DNA of 35,476 nucleotides from Dehalococcoidia bacterium (GCA_041494685.1 JBGQBE010000031.1:1-35476), one strand, 5' to 3'. Positions 26,324-35,279 are shown, numbered from the stretch's first letter. Notes: generated by a model not told the origin, from the letters alone. A program made the numbers and translations.

Positions 26324-26372
26324 CCAGTCACCAAGCGACCAGTCACCAAGCGACCAGCGACCAGCGACCAGA
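26324..26372. repeat. Short tandem repeat array
   Basis: (CCAGTCACCAAGCGA)x2 + (CCAGCGA)x2 + CCAGA directly after the yceI-like stop. Confidence 0.8.
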
Positions 26373-27179
26373 TTACTGACCCTGCGCGACGATCTGCACC
26401 TGCAGCGTGATGTGGTCCTCCACCGAGACGAAGCCGCCGATGTCGGGCGGCGAAAGCTTGAAGTCCTCGAACGGGAACGTGACCGTGGCGAGCGCCGTGA
26501 TGACGTTGCCCTGCTTGCGCGCCTTCACGTCCCAAGTGATCTGCTTCTTCACGCCGTGCAGGTCCAGGACGCCGGCGAGCTTCAGCGACTGCTCTTCCCC
26601 CGCCGCGATGACCGGGTCGAAGCCGGTGGCGCTCGTGACGGTGAACGTGGCGGTCGTGTAGGTGGCGGTGTCGAGGGTGGCCTGCACGCGGCGGTCGCGC
26701 CGATCCTGGTCGCTCTTCAGCGTCGTCAGATCGACGGTGAACGAGGAGGGCTGCGACGCGTCGAGCGCCGTGCCGTCGGCGGTCAGATGGAACCGGCCCG
26801 TGATGCCCTTCGTCGAGCCCTTCGCGGTGGAGGGCACCGGCAGCGACGCCAGCTTCTCGTCAGCGAAATACGCGGCCTCGCTGCGGTCGGGCAGGATCGT
26901 GAACGTCGTGCCTCCGGCGGCGACGGCGCTGCCGGCCGCGATCGTCGGCACGCCGGCGGCGCGCGCCGTGGCCTCGGCGGAGCCGGGTGCTCCGCTCGCG
27001 CCTGTGGCGGCGGACGCCGGTGACGCGGTGCCCTTCACGAGGTCGGCCGGGATCGTCGGAGCGGACGTCGCGAGCTTCGCGTCGTCGCGGATGAAGAACC
27101 ACCATCCCGCGCCCGCCGCGGCGGCCAGGACGATGGCGGCGACGGCGCCGCCGATGAGTATGCGTGGGAAGCTGGACAT
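26373..27179 (-). CDS. Membrane-anchored YceI-family lipid/polyisoprenoid-binding protein
   Basis: N-terminal TM; DRSEAAY, VDLTTLKSDQDRRD, GVLDLHGVKK; SD GAGGAG. Confidence 0.85.
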   Translation of the reverse strand: MSSFPRILIGGAVAAIVLAAAAGAGWWFFIRDDAKLATSAPTIPADLVKGTASPASAATGASGAPGSAEATARAAGVPTIAAGSAVAAGGTTFTILPDRSEAAYFADEKLASLPVPSTAKGSTKGITGRFHLTADGTALDASQPSSFTVDLTTLKSDQDRRDRRVQATLDTATYTTATFTVTSATGFDPVIAAGEEQSLKLAGVLDLHGVKKQITWDVKARKQGNVITALATVTFPFEDFKLSPPDIGGFVSVEDHITLQVQIVAQGQ

Positions 27180-27347
27180 GGCTGCTCGACTCCTCTGCTG
27201 CGGCGTTCCCGGGCATGCTACCGGCCGGTCGCGCATGGTATGTTTCAAAGCGGTTGCACATCCAACCATACTGGGTTCGCCGCGCCATCGACCGGCGCGC
27301 GCTACCATTTCCGCACAACCAGACTCACACGCACGACGGAGGCACCG

Positions 27348-28193
27348 ATGACCGCAGGCGGATTGATGGCGATCTTCGCGCACCCGGACGACGAGACGTT
27401 CGGCGTGGGCGGCACGATGGCGCACTACGCGGACCGCGGCATCCCGATCACGATGGTCTGCGCCACGCGCGGCGAAGTCGGCGAGATCGCGCCCGGCACC
27501 GGCGCCACGCCGGACACGCTGGGCGCGTTCCGCGAGCAGGAGCTGCGCGACGCGATGGCGATCCTCGGCGTGGCCGACGTGCGCTTCCTGGAGTTCCGCG
27601 ACTCGGGCATGCAGGGCACGCCGGAGAACGACGACCCGCGCTGCCTGCACCGGGCCGCGCCGGACGCCGTCGTGGAACCGCTGGTGCGGATGATCCGCGA
27701 GCGCCGCCCGGATATCGTGGTGACGTGGGACGAGAGCGGCGGCTACGGCCACCCCGACCACGTCGCGATCCACCATCACGCCACCGCGGCGTACCACGCC
27801 GCCGCCGACGGCGCGCGTTACCCGCACGCCGGGACGCCCTGGCAAGCCCGCGCCCTCTTCTACAACGTCATCCCGATCAAGGAATGGATGGCGATGCAGC
27901 ACGAGCTACGCGCGCGCGGACTCGCGCCGGACGAGGCGCCCGGCGGCAACGAAGGCCTGGCGAAGCTGCGCCGCGTCGAAGCTAACTGCGTCGTGGACGT
28001 CAGCGGTCAGTACACGCGCAAGCAGCAGGCGCTGCGCGCGCACCGCACGCAGATCAGCGAAGACGACGTGTTCCTGCGCCTGCCCGAAGATCTCGCGGCG
28101 CAGTTCTTCGGCCGCGAATGGTTCCACCGCGCCGACCCGCCGCTGGCGCCGGGCGTGATGCTCGCTGACCTGACCGACGGACTCGACACCTAA
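27348..28193 (+). CDS. PIG-L family deacetylase/amidase (MshB/Mca-like)
   Basis: AHPDDE, TRGEVGE, FRDSGM, GGYGHPDH, AHRTQ; SD GGAGG. Confidence 0.9.
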   Translation: MTAGGLMAIFAHPDDETFGVGGTMAHYADRGIPITMVCATRGEVGEIAPGTGATPDTLGAFREQELRDAMAILGVADVRFLEFRDSGMQGTPENDDPRCLHRAAPDAVVEPLVRMIRERRPDIVVTWDESGGYGHPDHVAIHHHATAAYHAAADGARYPHAGTPWQARALFYNVIPIKEWMAMQHELRARGLAPDEAPGGNEGLAKLRRVEANCVVDVSGQYTRKQQALRAHRTQISEDDVFLRLPEDLAAQFFGREWFHRADPPLAPGVMLADLTDGLDT

Positions 28194-28211
28194 TCCGCGA
28201 CCAGGGCGGCG

Positions 28212-28242
28212 CGCCCGCCGCCTGCTGTCGAGGCGGCGGGCG
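28212..28242. terminator. Bidirectional hairpin between convergent genes
   Basis: CGCCCGCCGCCT-gctgtcg-AGGCGGCGGGCG 12-bp stem. Confidence 0.55.
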
Positions 28243-28308
28243 GTCCTGGTGTGGTGCCGCCCGCCCATCCCGTGGCACCCCGCCTCAACGCGGGGCGGGA
28301 CGGGCAGA

Positions 28309-28545
28309 TCACGCCGGCGACGACCCGACGGCCGCCCGTGCGCGCCGTCGCCGCTTGCGTGCTGGTACTGAGGACGCGGCTGGCGCCCTCTGCGCGGCCG
28401 CAGCGGCCGCCGGTTCGAACCGGGCGACCCGCTGCGCCGTGCGTCGGCGTACGGGCGCGGCGTCCTCCTCAGGATCGGCCTCCGCGCCCGCCGATGTCAG
28501 CGCAACAACCTGCTCGACCGCCTTCTTCTTATCGAGGATCAGCAT
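28309..28545 (-). CDS. Small hypothetical protein, acidic middle and Arg-rich tail
   Basis: ATG overlaps the end of the HTH gene; mostly G/C third positions in the first half; ends before the 28212 hairpin; no recognisable domain. Confidence 0.4.
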   Translation of the reverse strand: MLILDKKKAVEQVVALTSAGAEADPEEDAAPVRRRTAQRVARFEPAAAAAAQRAPAASSVPARKRRRRARAAVGSSPA

Positions 28546-28741
28546 TGATGGCGTTGAGTTCCTGCCGCACGATCTGGCTGACGCGCTGCCGCGTGACGCC
28601 GAAGTGCTCGGCGAGCCGCGACTGCAGGCCCCAGCGGCCGCCGTTGCCCGCGACGCCGCGCTTGATCAGCACGCGCGCCGCGATCCGTAGCTTCTCCGTG
28701 CGGCTCAACTCCTCTTCGAAGTGCTGGACTTCCATGGTCAT
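28529..28741 (-). CDS. Small (~70 aa) helix-turn-helix protein
   Basis: LQSRLAEHFGVTRQRVSQIV is a canonical HTH; purine-rich GGAAGGGG upstream. Confidence 0.7.
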   Translation of the reverse strand: MTMEVQHFEEELSRTEKLRIAARVLIKRGVAGNGGRWGLQSRLAEHFGVTRQRVSQIVRQELNAINADPR

Positions 28742-28971
28742 CCCTGCCCCCTTCCGATAAACGCCCGTGACCGGGCTGTGCCAGCGAAGCTCGCGGCCTG
28801 ACGGCAGCGAGCAACACGACGATACCGGCGGGGCTCTCACGAGCTGCGTGCGCGGTTCTTACCACCTTTTCCAGGTCTCACCGCGCCGTAAGGGTTTCGA
28901 GGGAGATCACCTAAGGGTGCCGCCGCCGCTGACGCCGACGAGGCGCATGCCGACCGTGGTACGATCTCCGC

Positions 28972-29817
28972 ATGAAACGCGGGATCCTCCTCGCGATCGC
29001 CGCCGCGGCCCTGCCGGTCGCGGCGGCGTGCTCCGCCGGAGCGGCCGCACCGACTCCCACGGTGGTCCCCAGCAACACCGCCACGCTGCCGCCGCCCGAG
29101 CGCACCGCCACGCCGACAGCGACGCCGACACCCGCGATCGGCGTCGGTACGGCGATCGTCGTCGGCGGCGACCTGCGCGTGCGTGAAGCGCCCTCGACGC
29201 GGGCGCCGGTGATGAAGACGCTGAAGGACCACGCCGCCGTCATTATCGACGCGCCCATCCCAGGCGACGACGTGCTCGTGGGCAGCCAGACGTGGGTGAC
29301 GTCGCCGCCCGCATGGACGAAGACGTGGTTCCGCCTGACCGACGGCACGTTCGTCTACTCCGCGTTCGTCTTCATCCTGCAGCCCGGCGAAGTGTCACCG
29401 CTCACGGACGGCGGCGCGCAGGAGCGATGGATCGACGTCGACGTGACGACGCAGACGGTGAGCGCGATGATCGGCGACAAGGCCGTCTACACGGCGGCAG
29501 CGTCGACGGGCTCGCCGCAGTTCCCCAGCCCGATCGGCTCACACAAGATCGAACCCGACGGACGCCTGGCGGTGGAGCGCATGACGGCCACGCAGGCCGG
29601 CTACAACCCCCAGCAGGCGCAGTACGACGTCGAGAACGTACTGTTCACGCAGTACTACGACCGCAACGGCGATGCGCTCCACCTGAACTACTGGCGCCCG
29701 AAAGAGGTCTTCGGCAAGACGGCGACCAGCCACGGCTGCGTGGGCCTGCAGCTGCACGACGCGCAGTACTTCTGGCTCTTCGGCGCGCCCGGCATGCGCG
29801 TCGAGATCCACCCGTAG
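28972..29817 (+). CDS. L,D-transpeptidase (YkuD) lipoprotein with SH3b-like domain
   Basis: Lipobox AAAC; PT-rich linker; LRVREAPS; WIDVDV; ALHLNYW...SHGCVGL catalytic motif. Confidence 0.9.
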   Translation: MKRGILLAIAAAALPVAAACSAGAAAPTPTVVPSNTATLPPPERTATPTATPTPAIGVGTAIVVGGDLRVREAPSTRAPVMKTLKDHAAVIIDAPIPGDDVLVGSQTWVTSPPAWTKTWFRLTDGTFVYSAFVFILQPGEVSPLTDGGAQERWIDVDVTTQTVSAMIGDKAVYTAAASTGSPQFPSPIGSHKIEPDGRLAVERMTATQAGYNPQQAQYDVENVLFTQYYDRNGDALHLNYWRPKEVFGKTATSHGCVGLQLHDAQYFWLFGAPGMRVEIHP

Positions 29818-29825
29818 GACGCGCG

Positions 29826-30950
29826 CTATAGTTGCCCGCACGGGTGCCACTCGCCGCGCGCCGCGGCATCGACGTACAACGACGTAGAGAAGAGAGACGG
29901 CCGGCGCCGTTGCCGCCGCGGCACACCGGTGAGGACGCGATCCTGCGGCTGCGCGACGCACGCGGCCGGCGCGGCGGCGACGCGATGCGCCGGCGCGGAG
30001 AGCGGCCGGGCCGGCCGCGCAGGCGGGGCGGCAGCGGGCACACGCGGCGCGATGCGCGGCGGCTCCGCCGCCCGGCGGTGCGCGCGTTCCTCGCGCTCGG
30101 GCTCGCCCGCATCCGGCGCGACGAACTTCCACTCGCCCGGGATCTCCGGCGCCGGGCGATGGGACTGCGGCAACGGATCATCGGGCTCGATGTCGGCCAG
30201 CCGCTCGCCGAGGCGCGATGAGGCCGACGGCAGGTCGGGGTACTTCGCCACTACCGCCTCGAACACGTCGACGATCTGCGGATCGAGCAGCACGCCACGG
30301 CTCTCCTTGATCGCTTCAAGCGCGTCGGCGGCGGACGTGATCGTGTGCCCCGCGCGGAACGACCGGAGCGAGATGTACGCGTCGGCGACGCCAATGACGC
30401 GCGCCATCGGGCTGATATCAGTGGATCGCAGGCCGCGGGGGAAGCCGGAGCCGTCCCAGCGCTCGTGGTGCTCGTGCATCGCGGCGATCACGTCATCGGC
30501 GAGGCCGGCGCGGGCGACCATCGCCAAGGTCGCGTCCGGATGCGCGTGCATGTGCCGCTCCCAGGCGCCCTCCCTCAGCACTGTTGGCTCATCCATGACG
30601 GAACGCTTGAGCGTGAGGTAGCCGCAGTTCATCAGCGCCGAGGCCGTCGCCAGCGCGATGAGCTGCGATCGCGGCATCCCCATCTCGCGTCCGACGACGA
30701 TCGCGAGTTCGGCAACCTTGATCGGGTGGACGTAATCGCTGCCCTGCTGCGAATCCGGCCCGCTGAACTCGCTGTGCGTGCCATCCATCGGGAAGACGCA
30801 GTCGACGAGTTTCGTGAGTCGACCTGTGAGCGGCTGCGCCTCGTGCGCTTCGATGGGGCGAGCGTCACTGTGGCGGAGGAGCAGAATCGTGTTCAGCGTT
30901 TCCATGACCTTGGCTTCCAGGGGCCGCGGGAAGATGGGGATATAGGGCAC
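29826..30950 (-). CDS. Degenerate HD-GYP domain protein with Pro/Arg-rich C-terminus
   Basis: HP, HHERWDGSGFPRGL, ARVIGVADAY, LDPQIV; canonical LHDIG replaced by LMNCG; GTG start after GGGAGG. Confidence 0.8.
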   Translation of the reverse strand: MPYIPIFPRPLEAKVMETLNTILLLRHSDARPIEAHEAQPLTGRLTKLVDCVFPMDGTHSEFSGPDSQQGSDYVHPIKVAELAIVVGREMGMPRSQLIALATASALMNCGYLTLKRSVMDEPTVLREGAWERHMHAHPDATLAMVARAGLADDVIAAMHEHHERWDGSGFPRGLRSTDISPMARVIGVADAYISLRSFRAGHTITSAADALEAIKESRGVLLDPQIVDVFEAVVAKYPDLPSASSRLGERLADIEPDDPLPQSHRPAPEIPGEWKFVAPDAGEPEREERAHRRAAEPPRIAPRVPAAAPPARPARPLSAPAHRVAAAPAACVAQPQDRVLTGVPRRQRRRPSLFSTSLYVDAAARGEWHPCGQL

Positions 30951-30991
30951 GGAACCTCCCTGCCGCGGCTGATGCGTCACGACTGATCTAA

Positions 30992-31018
30992 TCATCGGCC
31001 ATTCCGCCGCCGATCTCG
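30992..31018 (-). promoter_or_regulatory. Putative sigma-28-type promoter for the HD-GYP gene
   Basis: Minus strand CGAGATC-N12-GCCGATGA. Confidence 0.4.
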
Positions 31019-31167
31019 CCTCCTCACAACAGCGAATCCGGACCAGCCGTCCGCGGCGAATCTGCGCCGAAGGCCGTCCGGCCCTTTCGCGTAGCTCGCG
31101 CAGCCCCGATCCTTAGGCTCGATACGAGCGCGCCGGGTTCCGGCGTCCATCGCGCAGGAGGGGATCG

Positions 31168-32403
31168 ATGTACCTGGACCTGAACAAGGGACTCACGGAC
31201 GAGCAGAAGCTCATCAAAGGGCGGTCGCACGAGTTCGCCGCGCAGGTGCTACGCCCCGCCAGCATCGCGCTGGACAAGCTGTCGCCCGAGGACGTGATCG
31301 CCAAGGGGTCCCAGCTCTGGGACGTGTTCAAGATCGCCTACGAGCAGGAGTGGCACCTTCGCGGCTTCCCGGAAGTGCTGGGCGGCTCCCACCTCGACCC
31401 GCTGAGCACTCACATCGTGAACGAGGAGTTCGGCTGGGGCAGCTCCGACTTCGCCATCGCGATGGGCGTGACGTCGTTCCCGTTTGCGTTCGCCGCCGGC
31501 CAGCGCGACCCCAAGCTGATCGAAGAGGTCGTGATGCCGTTCGTGGAGGACCGCAAGGGTCGCTACATCGGCTGCTGGGCGATCACGGAGCCGGGGCACG
31601 GCAGCGACACGCTGATGCCGGGCACGAGCATGTGGGAGAAGCCGGAGATCCACTACGGCCTGACGGCGGCGCTGGACGGCGATGAGTACGTGCTGAACGG
31701 CCAGAAGTCGGCGTGGGTGTCGAACGGCACGATCGCCACCCACGCGCTGGCATTCCTAGGCGTCGACCGCAAGAAGGGCATGGCAGGCGGCGGCGTGGCG
31801 CTGGTGCCGCTCGAGCTGCCGGGCGTGACGAAGGGACCGCCGCTGAACAAGCTGGGACAGCGGGCGCTGAACCAGGGCGAGATCTTCTTCGACAACGTGC
31901 GCATTCCCAAGTCCTACATGTTCGTGGGAGCGGAAGCCTACACATTCGCCATCGACTCCGTGCTGGCCGGCGCGAACGCGTTCATGGGCTCGACGTTCAC
32001 CGGCATCGCCCGCGCCGCGCTCGAGGAGTCGCTGCGCTACACGAAGGAGCGCGTGCAGGGCGGCGTGCCGATCTCGCAGCACCAGCTGGTGCAGAAGAAG
32101 CTGTTCGATATGTTCGTGAAGGTCGAGGCCTCGCGGCAGCTCTCGCGCGCCACCATCCTCTACAACGACGGAGCATTCCCGCCCGGCACGCAGTACTCGA
32201 TCTCGTCGAAGGTGTTCTGCACGCAGTCGGCGTTCGAGGTGGCCAGCGACGCGATCCAGCTTCACGGCGGCTACGGCCTGACGAAGGAGATGCTGGTCGA
32301 GAAGCTGTTCCGCGACGCCCGCGCGGCGATGATCGAGGACGGCTCGAACGACATCCTGTCGCTGACCGCGGCGCAGAAGATCCTGGAGCAGTACGCCGTA
32401 TAG
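31168..32403 (+). CDS. Acyl-CoA dehydrogenase
   Basis: WAITEPGHGSD, NGQKSAWVSNG, KLGQR, ERVQGG, QLHGGYG, FRDAR, IEDGSND; SD AGGAGG. Confidence 0.95.
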   Translation: MYLDLNKGLTDEQKLIKGRSHEFAAQVLRPASIALDKLSPEDVIAKGSQLWDVFKIAYEQEWHLRGFPEVLGGSHLDPLSTHIVNEEFGWGSSDFAIAMGVTSFPFAFAAGQRDPKLIEEVVMPFVEDRKGRYIGCWAITEPGHGSDTLMPGTSMWEKPEIHYGLTAALDGDEYVLNGQKSAWVSNGTIATHALAFLGVDRKKGMAGGGVALVPLELPGVTKGPPLNKLGQRALNQGEIFFDNVRIPKSYMFVGAEAYTFAIDSVLAGANAFMGSTFTGIARAALEESLRYTKERVQGGVPISQHQLVQKKLFDMFVKVEASRQLSRATILYNDGAFPPGTQYSISSKVFCTQSAFEVASDAIQLHGGYGLTKEMLVEKLFRDARAAMIEDGSNDILSLTAAQKILEQYAV

Positions 32404-32486
32404 CCCCGGCAGATGCCAGGCAGCGCCCAGGGCCGCCCCGCGGAGGTATGGTCACGGGCGCCCGTGCCCGATACCCTGAGGGCCAC

Positions 32487-33560
32487 ATGGACAGTTCGAA
32501 GTTCCTGCATACGCCGATCACCCGCTTCCAGCCGCGCGCCGACGCCTCCCTCCGCGACTTCATCGCCGCGCTGGGCCGCACCGGCGGGCAGCCGCGCCGC
32601 CTCAGCACCGCGATCGACCTCTGGGACAAGATGATCGATCGCGACCGGACGATCTTCTGCGCGATCGCCGGGGCGCCCGTACCGATGGGCTTCGGCCCCG
32701 CCATCGCGTCGTTGATCGAGCAGCGGCGCATCGACGTGCTGGACATCACCGGCGCGCAGCTGACGCACGACATGCTGGAGATCATCGGCAGCATCCACTA
32801 CCAGGGCCAGGTCGCCAGCGACGACGCGGCGCTGGCCGCCGTGGACGTGAACCGCTTCTGGGACACCTACGGCGACGAGAACGACTATCGCCGCGTCGAA
32901 CCGTTCATCTTCGAGTTCGCGAAGACCCTGCCAGACCGGGCGATGACGACGCGCGAGTACATCTACCGCATGGGCGGCTACTTCAAGGGCATCGGCTCGC
33001 AACACGGCATCCTCATCGCCGCGCACGACAACCGCACACCGGTCTACTGCCCGGCGATCGGCGACTCCGTGCTGGGCATGGACCTGGGCTACTTCCGCGC
33101 GGAAGAGGGCAAGCGCGTCGTCTTCGACGTGGTGCAGGACGTCTGCGAGATGACGGCGATCGTGCTGCTCACGGAGGAACTGGGGCTGCGCAGCGCCAAC
33201 GTCATCTTCGGCGGCGGCGCGCCGCGCAACCACATCCAGCAGTCGCAGATCGGCACGTACATGTTCTCGACGAAGGGCAAGGGGCACGCCGAGGCCGTGC
33301 GTTTCAGCATCGAGCCGGCCGAGACCGGCGGACTCTCAGGCTCGACGATCTCCGAGGGCATCAGCTGGAAGAAGTTCGACCCGCAGGTCGAGGCGGCGGA
33401 GGTCTTCCTCGACTCGAACCTCTCGATCGCCATCGCGTCGTCCCTGCTCGCCACGCGCGACGCCGCGCGCTGCTTCGACTTCCACCACGAGGACGACGGC
33501 TCGCTGACGGCGATCTACGGCGGCAAGAGCTACAACCTCTCCGAGAAGTTCCACTTCTAG
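32487..33560 (+). CDS. Deoxyhypusine synthase-like protein
   Basis: TGAQLTHD, CPAIGDS, FGGGAPRN, GGLSGS..SEGISWKK match the DHS family motif order. Confidence 0.85.
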   Translation: MDSSKFLHTPITRFQPRADASLRDFIAALGRTGGQPRRLSTAIDLWDKMIDRDRTIFCAIAGAPVPMGFGPAIASLIEQRRIDVLDITGAQLTHDMLEIIGSIHYQGQVASDDAALAAVDVNRFWDTYGDENDYRRVEPFIFEFAKTLPDRAMTTREYIYRMGGYFKGIGSQHGILIAAHDNRTPVYCPAIGDSVLGMDLGYFRAEEGKRVVFDVVQDVCEMTAIVLLTEELGLRSANVIFGGGAPRNHIQQSQIGTYMFSTKGKGHAEAVRFSIEPAETGGLSGSTISEGISWKKFDPQVEAAEVFLDSNLSIAIASSLLATRDAARCFDFHHEDDGSLTAIYGGKSYNLSEKFHF

Positions 33561-33614
33561 GCCGCACACCGTCTGGCATACTGCCCGCAGGGGAGGCTGG
33601 AAAGGAGCACGGTC

Positions 33615-34973
33615 CTGGATTCCGCCACGAACGGCCGTGCCCTGCGCACGCCTGCCCTGCCCCAACTGATCCGCCCGCTGCAGGAGTTCCTCCGCACCGA
33701 GACGGCCGGCGGCGCGTTGCTGCTCGTCGCAGCGGCCGTCGCGCTGCTCTGGGCGAACGCGCCGCAGGGTGACAGCTACCGCGACTTCTGGGGCGCGCGC
33801 ATCACGCTCGACCTGAACATTATCACGCTCGACGAGCCGCTGGTACGGTGGGTGAACGACGGGCTGATGGCCGTCTTCTTCTTCGTCGTCGGGCTGGAGA
33901 TCAAGCGCGAGCTGCTCCGCGGCGAACTGGCCGGCGCGCGCCGGGCGGCGCTGCCCGTCGCCGCCGCGCTGGGCGGTATGATCGTGCCGGCGGCGATCTA
34001 CGCGGCGTTCAACGCGGGCCGCGACGGCGCGCACGGCTGGGGCATCCCCATGGCCACGGACATCGCCTTCGCCGTGGGCGTGCTCGTACTGCTGGGCGGC
34101 CGCATCCCGCTCTCACTCAAGGTGTTCCTGCTGGCGCTGGCGATCGTCGACGACCTGGGCGCGATCGCCGTCATCGCCGTCTTCTACACCGACGATCTGT
34201 CGCTCGGCTGGCTGGCCGCGGCTGCCGGCATCTTCGCTCTGGTCTTCGTCCTGGGACGGCTGCGGGTGCGAGCGCTCTGGGTGTACGTGGCGGCGGGCGC
34301 GGCGGCGTGGTTGGCGGTACACGAATCCGGCGTCCACGCAACGATCGCCGGCGTGATACTTGGCCTGCTCACGCCGGTCGATGCCCACGCCGAGCCGGGC
34401 GATCTCGACAGCCGCGCGATCAACCTCATCGCGGACCACCATGCCTCGCACGAGCTGCACACCCGCGACGGCGCCGACGAAAGCGGTGCCGCGCTGCGCG
34501 AACTGGAGACGCTGGCACGCGACAGCCGGCCGGTCCTGGACAGGCTGGAGCACACGCTGCACCCGTGGGTGAGTTACGCCATCATCCCGATCTTCGCGCT
34601 GGCGAACGCGGGTGTGTCGCTGGGCGGCGGCGCGCTGCGCGACGCCGCGAGCGCGCCCGTCTCGCTGGGCGTGGCGGCGGGGCTGATGCTGGGCAAGCCG
34701 ATCGGCATCACGCTCGCGTCGCTGGTAGCGGTGCGGAGCGGCATCGCGACGCTGCCGGACGGCGTGCGCTGGCCCCAGATCGTCGGAGTGAGCCTGGTCG
34801 GCGGCGTCGGCTTCACGGTGTCGCTGTTTATCAGCGACCTGGCGTTCGCGGACGCCGCGCTCATCGACCAGGCGAAGATCGGCATCCTGGCCGGTTCGAC
34901 GCTGATGGGCGTGGCCGGCTACCTCGTGCTGCGCCGGGCATCCGTCGTCGGTGCCGCGTCGAGCCTGGACTGA
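33615..34973 (+). CDS. nhaA: Na+/H+ antiporter NhaA (probable CTG start)
   Basis: PLQEFLRTETAGG, WVNDGLMAVFF, GLEIKRE, GWGIPMATDIAF, AIVDDLG, SGVHATIAG, GKPIG, GFTVSLFI, AKIGIL. Start placed at CTG 7 nt after AAAGGAG. Confidence 0.93.
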   Translation: MDSATNGRALRTPALPQLIRPLQEFLRTETAGGALLLVAAAVALLWANAPQGDSYRDFWGARITLDLNIITLDEPLVRWVNDGLMAVFFFVVGLEIKRELLRGELAGARRAALPVAAALGGMIVPAAIYAAFNAGRDGAHGWGIPMATDIAFAVGVLVLLGGRIPLSLKVFLLALAIVDDLGAIAVIAVFYTDDLSLGWLAAAAGIFALVFVLGRLRVRALWVYVAAGAAAWLAVHESGVHATIAGVILGLLTPVDAHAEPGDLDSRAINLIADHHASHELHTRDGADESGAALRELETLARDSRPVLDRLEHTLHPWVSYAIIPIFALANAGVSLGGGALRDAASAPVSLGVAAGLMLGKPIGITLASLVAVRSGIATLPDGVRWPQIVGVSLVGGVGFTVSLFISDLAFADAALIDQAKIGILAGSTLMGVAGYLVLRRASVVGAASSLD

Positions 34974-35078
34974 GCGGCGTTCACCCCGCACTGCCGGAAC
35001 TGCATCGCCCCCGCTGTTGACATACACGCCCCTGATCTGCGGTTATATAGCCGTCGGGTGCCTTTCGGGGGAGCGGAT

Positions 35079-35279
35079 ATGGGGGGTCAACTGCACGCCA
35101 TGTACATCATCGGCGGCTCGTGCCGCAGCTGCGGGGCGTCGCTGGCGCTCGCGGGCGACGGGCGCGGCCGCGCCATCTGCGCCGCCTGCCTGCGCGCGGT
35201 CGACGCGGACATCGCGCAGAAGCGCACCATCCTGCTGCCGGCCGAGCGCACCGCGGATCTGCTCACGGCGCTCGCCTGA
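35079..35279 (+). CDS. Small zinc-ribbon-like protein
   Basis: CRSC-x15-CAAC; GGGGAG SD before ATG 35079 (alternative ATG 35100); GC-rich third positions. Confidence 0.55.
   Translation: MGGQLHAMYIIGGSCRSCGASLALAGDGRGRAICAACLRAVDADIAQKRTILLPAERTADLLTALA

Noticed and set aside
26324..26372. CRISPR-like array
   Set aside because: Units are 7-15 nt with no spacers, and no cas genes are present.
27180..27902. 509-aa version of the YceI ORF (and the 615-aa DHS ORF from 31713)
   Set aside because: The extensions overlap neighbouring real genes; SD or -10 signals support starts at 27179 and 32487.
33558..33614. TAG read-through fusing the DHS-like gene to nhaA, or a Na+/Li+ riboswitch before nhaA
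   Set aside because: The genes are in frame, but a strong SD before CTG explains it more simply; the 54-nt spacer shows no riboswitch consensus I can recognise.
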